DNA of 64,000 nucleotides, taken from assembly GCA_000004985.1 (NCBI GenBank), contig GG738911.1, one strand, 5' to 3'. Source of the DNA: Naegleria gruberi. Its lineage: Eukaryota. Below are positions 17,911-28,251 of this stretch, in pieces; within the stretch, counting starts at the first letter, position 1; every line of letters starts with the position of its first letter. Position numbers and translations under genes: made by a program. Below the pieces are notes generated by a model. It was not told the origin of the DNA, searched no databases, and saw nothing but the letters and a program-made list of their open reading frames with translations.

Positions 17911-19740
17911 ATGCCATCACAATACAATCAAAATCCCTTTGCTAATTATCCTAATGCTATCTTGGGGACTAGGGAAAATAATTCTCACGACGAAGAGCGC
18001 GTTAAATTAATACTTCTTGAAGGTCTTGATACAAATACTAAATTAATAAGGGAAAATAATTCATTAAGCAGAAAACTTTCTGAAGGACTGGAAGCGAAAC
18101 TTACAGGAAAGAAGGTAAGAAAGGTTAAAGGAATGTTTATCAACTCGGAAAGGTTGGTTGAATATGTAAACAAACAGGTATTGTGTATGGATACATGTCA
18201 TGCTTTGAATTTATTATTTGTTGGGTTGTATAGTTTGGGATTTTATATGATTTCCATATTCGAAAATGGTGTATTGAAGAGAACGATGGAAATTTCTGAT
18301 CGTTTTGTTTCGTTCCAAGTAGATGAACAAGCAGAGTTTATTTATCTATTAAGCAATGGTAATTGTGGAAGGTTAACGAAAATGAAACTTGACGATACTT
18401 CAATAGTTTGGCATTTTAATAGCATTAACAGTTTTTGCTTGGCTGGTAATGAGATTTATGTTGGATTCTCATGCAAAACATACTTGACAGTCCATATATT
18501 AGATACTATCGATGGTTCACAAAAAAAGCAATTCACAGTTGATAAGGGAATGAATACATTCATCTTGAAACAAATGAAATATTATGAAAGAAAGCTCTAT
18601 CTTCTATTTCACAAATGTGGAACAAGGAATATTGTTCATCACTCAAATCTTTTTATGATTGTTGATTTAATAACCGAAAAGACACAACCGATTAAGCTAG
18701 AGAAGACACTTTCGACTATTGGAATTACTACAGGAGGTCTTTTGATTTTTTTTGGTTTATGGGATGTAGACGTGTATGATATTAATAGCAGGTTGCTTCT
18801 TGGTATTAATTATTCTCAATTTCAGTCGAAATGTTTTTTGTCTGCTTGTGCCAATCACTTTGATAAACATTCGAATAGATACTACATTCATCAATTTGAA
18901 GAGCAAAAGAATCAAAAAGATGAAATTATTCAAATTAGTTCAAGCATAGTATCTGAACAATTGGAAATAAGTATGAATGTTGTAGATGCGCCACTGAATT
19001 CTAAAATATGGCAAGCAATTGAAAAATTGGGAGGTCAATTACCACAATATATTCCACAAGATAAGATTAGTTACAGAAATTTAAACTTTGAAGATTCACA
19101 ATATTCCATCTATCCAGACTGTTTAGAATATTTATTAAGGGTTGATTTTGGACAAGTTGGCTTTTGGTATAAAGATAAAGAAATTACCAAGAATTTCACA
19201 TTTGAAAAGGAAGCTTATGTAGATTGGGTACGAAAGAAAAGAGATAATGAACTTTTTTTTGCTACACCATTCTTTCACAATCAAGGAATGTTTCTTTATG
19301 TAAAGAAAGAAGAGCTTTCTAATAATGATGATTTTCCAGTACATCTCCTCTATCAGACTAACGATGAAAATAACCAACATGAAGAAAAGGTAATGAGTTT
19401 GCTTGAATTCCTTTCAAGATTGAGTCTTGCTGAACATGTCATTTTAAATACTGGTTTCGAATATTTCATCAACTTTGAAATGATTTGTAAGGAATTATTG
19501 GAAAAGAACATAATTGATCCAGAAACAAGACAATTAGATATCGAATATTTAATCAAAAATTTTGAGGGAGCTAATATGTATTTGAAAATTTATTTCAACA
19601 ATTCAAAATTCCGTTTTGGAAATTCCATTTATGAAAAGCTTTTTTTGATTCTAACAGCAAACGATTGTTCAAAAAATTGCCTTATTGAAATGGAATCAGA
19701 AGTTGATTCAGATGATGATGATGAATATTGTATTTTGTAA
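17911..19740 (+). CDS. family X paralogue (divergent N-terminus)
   Basis: Conserved ERVKLILLEGLDTN, FQVDEQAEF, LDTIDGSQKKQF, APLNSKIWQAIEKLGGQLPQYIPQ, YPDCLEYLLRVDFGQVGFWYKDKEI, FPVHLLYQ, EFLSRLSLAEHV and YFINFEMICKELLEKNIIDPETR blocks. Confidence 0.6.
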   Translation: MPSQYNQNPFANYPNAILGTRENNSHDEERVKLILLEGLDTNTKLIRENNSLSRKLSEGLEAKLTGKKVRKVKGMFINSERLVEYVNKQVLCMDTCHALNLLFVGLYSLGFYMISIFENGVLKRTMEISDRFVSFQVDEQAEFIYLLSNGNCGRLTKMKLDDTSIVWHFNSINSFCLAGNEIYVGFSCKTYLTVHILDTIDGSQKKQFTVDKGMNTFILKQMKYYERKLYLLFHKCGTRNIVHHSNLFMIVDLITEKTQPIKLEKTLSTIGITTGGLLIFFGLWDVDVYDINSRLLLGINYSQFQSKCFLSACANHFDKHSNRYYIHQFEEQKNQKDEIIQISSSIVSEQLEISMNVVDAPLNSKIWQAIEKLGGQLPQYIPQDKISYRNLNFEDSQYSIYPDCLEYLLRVDFGQVGFWYKDKEITKNFTFEKEAYVDWVRKKRDNELFFATPFFHNQGMFLYVKKEELSNNDDFPVHLLYQTNDENNQHEEKVMSLLEFLSRLSLAEHVILNTGFEYFINFEMICKELLEKNIIDPETRQLDIEYLIKNFEGANMYLKIYFNNSKFRFGNSIYEKLFLILTANDCSKNCLIEMESEVDSDDDDEYCIL

Positions 19741-20471
19741 ACATTGTTCAATCATTAATAGAACTTTAAAGTTAAATATTAAAATCTTCCATTTTGAGGA
19801 AATTTTAAAAATTGCAATTTTAAAAAAAATGTGTGATGACGATAAATTATTTATATGACAATTTTGCTTTTAGATGATAAATTTATTTCCAATATATGTA
19901 ACCTCAAAGGAAATTATTCGTAAAATTACTACATAATCTATATTTTAATTTTTTAATATTAAAGGAGGCTGAATACGGGTGATGATGCAAAGCCTTTGGT
20001 TCGGAATACAACAAAGGATGACGAAATCATGTTAATCACAATAATATAATTGCTATTATGGAAGCTCGACCGAATTATTCAACCTTTAAACTGTAGATGT
20101 TTTGTAAATATTATCTATTTGTACAAAGGGTTGTACGGACATGGATTTCCACACCTCCGTAATTGCAATCCAAAAGTTCTTGATGACATGAACTACTGCT
20201 GCTGCTAACACACTATGTTGTGATGACTTTTGATGAGATACTGTGTATGAATCTGCTCCTTCTAAATTGGTTTTTTGATGGTCAACCAATTACTCAATCT
20301 ACATACTCTTTTGGCAATTGAATTATCGACAAACACAATGCTACAAAATCATGATACAATAAGAGAATCTCCATTGTTCATGACTCTTAGCACTTAATAT
20401 TGTGTTTGGAAGGATGAGTTAATCAAGACACAGTTGACTAGGGGCGAAAAATACTTAATATTGGACTGGAC

Positions 20472-23400
20472 ATGCCATTTCAAACGATTCTTTTGACACT
20501 TTTCAAAATGGTAAAAGCGTTGCTTTTGAACATGAATTGTGGACTCCATCACTTTAAAAAAATGAAATCAGTTCTATCGTTTGAGCTTGGACTCTTACTG
20601 CTGATATTGGCATGTTTGATGAACTCTCAGTTTGTCAACACTCAAGCTATCAAATCTCGCATTGTTTCAACATTGATGAATAAGAAGGATGTGAATCGTC
20701 CACAAGATTTAATTGAAATGGGGCAAGTGTATGCAACTACATTTCGTAAAGGAAGTAATGGAGAAGAAGATTCTTTGTTGTTTATTGATTCAGGAAATTT
20801 GAAAATGTATGGATTGGTCAGCAAGAATTTCACAACTCTCTATTCATCTATTTATTACGTATCTTTTCAAATGCCTTTGAATCCATTGAACAACGACGAA
20901 TTGGTATTCCATCATAACGCTCAATTGTTAAAGTTGAATATCAAAACTTTGACAACTGAAAGATTGGCAGGTACAGGTGTATTTGGTTACAATGGAGACA
21001 ATATCAACGCTACATCCGCCCTCATTCAACCAGTTCAAGCCATTAATTACAATTCAAATAATGAGTTGGTCTTTGCAGGTAAGTTTTCATGTTAGAAATT
21101 GTTTTTGATTCACACAACAACAGACAGTTATAGAATCAGAAAAATTCTATTGAATGGTACCATTGTAACCATTGCTGGTCTTTCAACAGCATGTGATGGA
21201 GTGACTAGTGTTTTAAGCAATATTCCAGCAACATCAGCTTCTATTTGTTCTGTAACATCAATCCTTTTTGTGAAATTTGCAGGTTATCCAGAAGAGTGGC
21301 TCTATTTCAGAGATCAAGTTGGTGTGAAACGTATTGATCCAACCACTGGAGTATTATCCATTGTTTTTGTGTACTCTTCCTACTATGCCTTTTATTTGAA
21401 TCCTGTTCAATCTGACAGATCTAGGTTGATTCCAGATGATTTATGGCTTGGATATGGCTCGTATGCTGTTGAAATATTGAAAAATAATGGCCTTGGTCAG
21501 GTTATTATTGGTGGGGGTCAAAATCAGACCTTTTTAGTGGCAGACGCAAAGTCTGTTTCCTTGTCCACAATAACAAGTTTTGCCTACGATCAAGAAAAGA
21601 ACGAATTGTACATTGGTACTTATGGATCGGTTGTTAAATATGTTAGATCAGATAGAACTATTAGACATATTGTTGGTTGTGCATCAAGTAATTGCTTGTT
21701 GAGAGGAGTCAATATTGATGCTCAATATGCTAGTATGTCTTCCGCTAAACCAAGTGTATTTTTTGATAATGGTCAATTGTACTTAGCAGATAGCATAATC
21801 ATTAAGGGTATTGATTTGAAGAGTAGATTAATCAAGAATTATATTTCCCATGAATGTAAGTAGATGAGAAATCTTCATGTTCTAACAATATTATTTCAGC
21901 TATGGATTCTATCAATTACATGACCTACAAGAATGGTTTAATCTATTTACATGAGGGTTCTTACTCATCCACCTTGTTGAAATTTAATCAAACTTCTTCA
22001 GTTGTGGCTAAAATTGCTGGATATTATTATTACTCAGAAGGTGGTTTAGCAATGAGTAATTCTGTCGATTCACTTTCCTCCTTTTCCTTCAACTCAAAGA
22101 ATGAGATTATCATGTCAATTGGCGATCAAATTAAGACTATCAGAAATGATAGAATATACACAATTGTACCAAGCTCTTCATATTATGCATCTGCAGACAA
22201 TGCATCATTCGCAGAGGCAAGACTTTATGGACCTTCTCAATTAATTTCTCATCCAACAAGGGATAATGAAATGTATTTCATGGAAACAAGCAGAAATATC
22301 ATTAGAAAGATGGATTTTACAACTAGTAGAGTATTGACTGTTGCTGGTAAAAGTAATGGATTTGCAGGAGATGGATATTTGGCCACCGAGAGTGCCATTA
22401 AAGTTAACTGTTTTACTATGGATGAATACGGAAATATTTACTTTACTGATGGTGCCAAATTGAGAAAGATTGACCAATCAGATTCTAGAATTTCCACATT
22501 AACTTCGTCTACTTCGGGCTACAGTTCAGATGGTACTGATCTATCGTCTCTTTCGCTCTCAGCATCTAGCTGTGTCCTCTCTGTCAAGAATAATGTCATT
22601 TATTTTGTTGAGGATAAATCTGTTAGAAAGATTCATCCAACATGTGAAAGTGGTTACATTCTTAATACCAACAGCAATGGATGTGTTGCTTGTCCTTCAG
22701 GATTGACCAACGATGAATATTTTTATGAATGTGTTCCTCAATGCTTTGGAAAGATCAATCCAAATGCTTGCTCCAAGAACGGTAAATGTACATCTAACAA
22801 TGTCTGTACATGTAATCTAGGATGGACAGGAGCTGAATGTTCTCAGACTACCTGCTTTGGAATTACCAACTCTGATTCTAATGTTTGCTCAGGAAGAGGT
22901 TCATGTCAAGGATTAGACACATGTAAATGTTTGGATGGTTTCAGAGGAAGAAATTGTGAATTTACAGCTTGGAAAGATGGTGATGTGACTGTTCAAACAG
23001 ATCAGGATGAATATGTGTATCGTAGTACAGAGCCAATGGTCTATGTCAAATTCAATACTACTTATTCGAGATCAGTTACATTGAAAATGGAACAGAGATC
23101 ATCTTATTATAACATAATTAGAAGTACGATTTATAAGAATTTGACAGCTGCCGAGTTGACCACTGTTTATTCTCAAAAATTCATTAATTTCAACCTCCAA
23201 TATGGTCACATATTTGACGTTACAGTATTTGACGCTGAGACTGGTGTGCAATTATCAAACCCAGCTTCCAAAGATGTCAGTGTTATTACTTGTGCCACTT
23301 GTCAAGTTGCCAATCTAATTCCTCAATATTTACAAATGGCCTACAACAATACTAGACCAAATCCTGGAGATACAGTCAGTGTTAAGATTAGCATGTTGCA

Positions 23401-24670
23401 ATATTTCTATTATGTGTATACATTTGATATCACCGTTACGTTTAACAATGTCACCTATTACAAGCAAGCTATTTCAACAGTGGGTCAAGAAGTTACAATT
23501 TATATCCCTCCAGTTTTCGAAAATGGTACCTTTAGAACCTATGTTTCAGTATATGGCCAACCATATTACAAAAATTCAACCTATTTGATGCTTAGTGCTT
23601 CTACTAGTGAACTGGCAGTTTACAATCAAACTCTATTTGTTGAGGACAGTTGGATTAGTTCTAGTTTCAGTGTTGATAAGATCCCTTACAAGAGTACCTA
23701 CACTACTAGTACATTGGATATGAAAATTGCTCATATTGACTTCACATCTCTATTTAAATACAAGCAATTGACTGCCAATGTGAGCATATTCTTGATTGAT
23801 GAATTTGGAAATAGAAAAAATCAAATCTATGCTAATTCTCTTCAATTCTTGGGCAGTAATCCAGTTCTGTCAATTCAAGTTCCAAAAACCGCTTTCAGCA
23901 TTCGTTCTGATTGGACTTTGGATGGATTTATTACCATTCTCAATAATGGAACAATAGTTTCGAATGTGAAAAAGACAATCAAACCAATTACTTTTTATTG
24001 TCCGTCCTCTTACTTTGGACCTCAATGTGATTTGACAATTTGCAACGGAGTTTATTCCAATTCTACAAATGTTTGCTCTGGAAATGGTATTTGTTCTTAT
24101 TCCTATTGTTATTGTAATCAAAATTACAAGGGATCAAATTGTGAAATGCCAGCATTGAAATCCTCTTCTGTCATTACAAAACTCGATGCACCTTACAAAG
24201 TCAAAGGTTCACTTACATTATCCAACTTGACAATTGCTATTAATGCAAGTGATTCTGAATTCTTCTCCTATTATAGAAACAAATCGTTGATTTGCTATGT
24301 CTATGCTCAATCAACAACCTCAAATTATATTGGATATATTACATTGGACAAAACTAATGATTTTACTGTTTCCGTTAAACTTCCAGATACATTACTCCTT
24401 GGAACCTATACATTCAGACTCAACATTCAATCAAGTAGTGTAATAATCTTGGACACTGGCTCTTTTTATTATTCAACCATTTCGTATACAGTTGGTTCTC
24501 AACCGTTACCTCCTGCAGTGGTGAGCAACAATAACCAACCAAGCAAACCAAAAGTTTCGACTAATGGACCTAACAGAGAAACTACATTGAGTGAGGGTAC
24601 ACCTAACTCAGTAATGATTGGAATTAACTTGTGGATTTTACTCGTATTGACATTCTTAATAAATTATTAA
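20472..24670 (+). CDS. secreted protein with NHL-like beta-propeller repeats, tenascin-type EGF repeats and a C-terminal hydrophobic tail (GPI or TM). Three exons: 20472..21078, 21124..21855, 21900..24670.
   Basis: Signal-like hydrophobic N-terminus. Repeats GVFGYNGDNINATSALIQP...ELVFADSYRIRKILLNGTIVTIAG fit the NHL consensus. EGF modules C.NGKCTSNNVCTCNLGWTGAECS, CSGRGSCQGLDTCKCLDGFRGRNCE and CSGNGICSYSYCYCNQNYKGSNCE. C-terminus IGINLWILLVLTFLINY. Two very short introns (45 and 44 nt), both GTAAGT...CAG; each contains an in-frame TAG, and splicing joins the three track ORFs in frame. Confidence 0.65.
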
Positions 24671-24821
24671 CTGTAATGTTTTCTTTATTTAAACAGATGA
24701 AATGATTCAAAAACAGCTGATCTTGTTGTGGCGAGGTATTTCCTGTTAGGCCTAGTTGAATTGTGTGATGTGCAAATTACTAAATTTCCTAAATATTACC
24801 TCAACAAACACGCTTAAAAAA

Positions 24822-26501
24822 ATGAAACGAAATCCACATCCAAACCGTGACCGTTTTGAGGAAGAACCATTATCAAAGTCAATGTACCAGCCTCCTCAAC
24901 AAGAAACAATTCATTCCGAAAAGAGTGAAACAGAAGAAGAATATACAATTAGAAAATTTAATGAAAATTTTCATAATTTTGAGCTTGAGTCTATTGTTGG
25001 CGCTCAAGTAAAGTTTGTTAAGGCTGGTGCCTCCTCTGCTCTTTATTATTTTGTTAGCAAACCAAATGAATTGTTTCAGGTTAATAATTTCCCAGAATTG
25101 AACGCATTTGCCTCCCAATGTGCCGAACATTACCAAGGAGGTATTATTAAGTGTTTTTATCATGTTTTTATAACTGGATTCGTGAGAACAGGAAAGACAA
25201 CCACGGCTCGATATCTTTTCCCCTATCTCCATTCTATTCATTGCTGTAGGAGATTTAATTACATTGGCTATGAGGTTCAATATCTTGATATACAAGATTT
25301 TCCAAAGCACGAACAAGAAGAAGAATATTATTACGCTAATAGAATTATTAGAAGCTTTGTTGGTGAAGGAGCAACTGTAGTAGACTGTATGCAAGATTCA
25401 ACTCAATACAATCCCATCACTGAGTATTTGGAAAAAAGAAGCGATAAGATGGTATACTTTGTCTTGGACGAAATTCAACTATTATCTCCGACCACTTTGA
25501 ACTATCTCAAGAAGGTATTTAAATCACCTACTCTAAAGAGTTCTTCAAATTTCCTTAGTATTTGGACAGGAAGTACCCAATCACTTCTATTCAGAAAGTT
25601 GAGAGAAGTACTTCCATATGGATTCTCATTTTCGGATAATGAGATGACCTACAACATTCCACACTCGAGTGCAACTGCAAATTTAAGGGAGGTTGCCATA
25701 TTCCAAAACTACATTATGAAAAGAAAATTTGTCGACACACAAGTTCTAAGAACCATCAAGGATTCATTAGAGGTGCACCACTGCAGTTATGTTGACCAAA
25801 TTATTTCTCAACGCAAAACCAAGACTCTCCAACAATCCATTTCTCATCTCATTCAACAAATCTTCTCCATTTATGATAGAGATATTGGCAATATTGTTAA
25901 AGGACTAACGAGAGAGGAAGCTTGGATAATAATCAAAACCAAAGCTGTTCCAGCCTATATAACGAGTATAGCTCTGTGTGGCTCTGGGATTACTGATGGT
26001 TCTATGTTTGTAAAATTCAACCGAGAGACCCAAAAGTATGAGCTTAGAGACTCATTGCTCTGTTCTTATATCATGTTTAGATGGGATAGTCTTTGTAGCT
26101 CAATGAGAGCTGCTGATGTTGAGTATCATTTTCACTTATTGTTACCATTCCAATTTTTGGGTGAGTCCATCAATTTAATTGAATCATCACTCATTGAAAC
26201 TCTTGGAATGGCTGATCATGATCACAAACAGTTTGCTGCGGTACTTAATAATGGATTAATTGACAATTCTATTCAAAACAAAATTGAAATAATAGAGGAT
26301 GAGGAAAAACTTGTCAAAACAATCATCAAGGCAATCAGACATATTTCAAGTCAATCTTCTGATTGTAAAACCCTCTATCAAGAAATTGTAAAATATTGGT
26401 GCAACAATGAACCAAGAAATTTCATCAGAATTGCTGAGAAAATCAGGGAAGTGGTTGTTATTACAAACTGGAACCATGAATCAAAATTTGTAAAATATTA
26501 A
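24822..26501 (+). CDS. P-loop NTPase (AAA+ / archaeal-ATPase-like Walker A and B)
   Basis: Walker A ITGFVRTGKTTTARYL (G-x4-GKT). Walker B-like MVYFVLDEIQLL (hhhhDE.Q, as in arch-ATPase and ORC/Cdc6-type AAA+). First ATG at 24822, MKRNPHP. No introns detected. Confidence 0.6.
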   Translation: MKRNPHPNRDRFEEEPLSKSMYQPPQQETIHSEKSETEEEYTIRKFNENFHNFELESIVGAQVKFVKAGASSALYYFVSKPNELFQVNNFPELNAFASQCAEHYQGGIIKCFYHVFITGFVRTGKTTTARYLFPYLHSIHCCRRFNYIGYEVQYLDIQDFPKHEQEEEYYYANRIIRSFVGEGATVVDCMQDSTQYNPITEYLEKRSDKMVYFVLDEIQLLSPTTLNYLKKVFKSPTLKSSSNFLSIWTGSTQSLLFRKLREVLPYGFSFSDNEMTYNIPHSSATANLREVAIFQNYIMKRKFVDTQVLRTIKDSLEVHHCSYVDQIISQRKTKTLQQSISHLIQQIFSIYDRDIGNIVKGLTREEAWIIIKTKAVPAYITSIALCGSGITDGSMFVKFNRETQKYELRDSLLCSYIMFRWDSLCSSMRAADVEYHFHLLLPFQFLGESINLIESSLIETLGMADHDHKQFAAVLNNGLIDNSIQNKIEIIEDEEKLVKTIIKAIRHISSQSSDCKTLYQEIVKYWCNNEPRNFIRIAEKIREVVVITNWNHESKFVKY

Positions 26502-26553
26502 AAAGCAAAATGTTCCACACAAGTTCAATAGTTTACAAAAAACATCAAAAAAA

Positions 26554-28179
26554 ATGCCACAACAAGAAATCTTCTCCTCTCTCCCGCTCGCTCTTATTCT
26601 CCGACTTGAACGAGCAGAGCCTAAACTTGCCAAGTTTATTCTCTCATGTGATGACAATTTTTCTAGTCAATTATTGGAACACCGTAGAAAATATAAACCC
26701 TCTCATGTAGTTCTCCTATTAAAATATCATCATCGTCATGAGTATAGTTATGGAGGAGTGGCCATTTTGGAGTTGAATAGAATTGGAGTTGAATTAAAAT
26801 GTAAAAGTAATGAAACAAACAAGATGGATGATCAAGGAAGATTGATTAGAATTAATGATGAAAATGGAAAGCCACTTGGATTGTTTGCTGATGAGGGAAG
26901 TGTGAATGAAACTCATCAAGTGGTGATTAGTGAGTGGAATGATAGGGAAATGATTTTTTCACAATCGATGGATTTGAAGGAAAGAAAATTTTTGAAATTC
27001 AAGTTGAATCAGAAAAAGGTGGAAGAATCGTTTGTGGAAAGGGTTCATGTTGAAGTTTCTCATCAACTTTCGCATAGCCTTTATCGTGCTGATCATCCAT
27101 TGAATGTTCCTGTAATTGGTAAAGCTCAGAATGTTCTTTTAACACATCTGGCATTTGATAGATTTTCTCAAAAGAGTAATTTAGCAATTTTCAACATTGA
27201 AAAGAATGAAAATCATTCATTGAAAATTAGTCAAAAATTCTCCACCGAGGAAGACACCCACGCTTTCTATATTGCCCTCATGGAGAGTAATCTAGGTCAG
27301 AAATATATTCTAAAATATGCCTTTCAAAAACCTTCCTATTCATCCATTGGTTATGTGAGTTTGAATAACACCAAAAAGTTCTCATATACTCCAATACGAG
27401 TGGATGGTTTTGAGGGAATATTTCAGAAGAATACCTGCAAGATGAGCCAAATTTTGTGTCATACTCAATTGAGTGAAGGAAAGTATCTATTCATGACATA
27501 TTCGAAATCATCCAAAAGAATCAGTTCTGATTTCCAACATTATTTCACAAATGAAATTGTTTGGATATTAGTAGATGTCAATGAGAAGAGAACCAAAAGA
27601 GTTTATCCAAGAGTTTATAACATTGCAGCCAATACAACAACAGGTCACGAAAGAACATTTCTAAATCAGTCGAATCAAGACGAAACCAGCTTTCAAACAG
27701 TGCAAAAGAAGAAGAGAGGTGGAAAAATTCAAAAGAAATTCCACACTGATGAAGAACATTTATATTTGGACGGTGATTTGAATGGTGGCTATTCAGATTC
27801 TTCTCTTTTAAAGAAAATTAATGGAATTACAAATTCTTCAATTGACCAAACATCCACATCCGTCATGATTCCAATCTTGAAAGAAGATATCACCAATAAT
27901 GATGTAACCATGAGAGCGTTTAGACCATTTTTCAGTAATCCAGATATTTTCCAAGTATTAGTTTTCTTTTCCAAGGTTGTGGAAGATGGTGTTGATTTCA
28001 ATCCTCATTTTGGTAAAATGTTTAGTTACTTCTTCCAGTTCAAGAATGAAACTAAGGTAAAGGTAAGAAAGGTTGGAAGAAGATTCTCAGATGTTAATAT
28101 TATCACATGCTCAACAAGCAAAGTAGGAACAGCTGGTGGTAGTAATAGACAGTTTAGTAAAGTGTTGGCCTTTCAATGA
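26554..28179 (+). CDS. hypothetical protein (weak F-box-like N-terminus LPLALILRL...LAKF), 52 bp downstream of the NTPase gene
   Basis: Long ORF with normal codon usage and an ATG in good context. No recognisable domain by eye. Confidence 0.45.
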   Translation: MPQQEIFSSLPLALILRLERAEPKLAKFILSCDDNFSSQLLEHRRKYKPSHVVLLLKYHHRHEYSYGGVAILELNRIGVELKCKSNETNKMDDQGRLIRINDENGKPLGLFADEGSVNETHQVVISEWNDREMIFSQSMDLKERKFLKFKLNQKKVEESFVERVHVEVSHQLSHSLYRADHPLNVPVIGKAQNVLLTHLAFDRFSQKSNLAIFNIEKNENHSLKISQKFSTEEDTHAFYIALMESNLGQKYILKYAFQKPSYSSIGYVSLNNTKKFSYTPIRVDGFEGIFQKNTCKMSQILCHTQLSEGKYLFMTYSKSSKRISSDFQHYFTNEIVWILVDVNEKRTKRVYPRVYNIAANTTTGHERTFLNQSNQDETSFQTVQKKKRGGKIQKKFHTDEEHLYLDGDLNGGYSDSSLLKKINGITNSSIDQTSTSVMIPILKEDITNNDVTMRAFRPFFSNPDIFQVLVFFSKVVEDGVDFNPHFGKMFSYFFQFKNETKVKVRKVGRRFSDVNIITCSTSKVGTAGGSNRQFSKVLAFQ

Positions 28180-28251
28180 GTAAACTTAATTGTAATAGTT
28201 TCGAATAAAAAGTTACCAATCTTATAATTCCAAGACAAACAATGAATACAA

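Noticed and set aside
19975-20060. Possible C/D-box snoRNA (GTGATGATG C-box-like and GGATGACG C-prime-like)
   Set aside because: No D box (CTGA) at the expected distance and no terminal stem, so support is insufficient.
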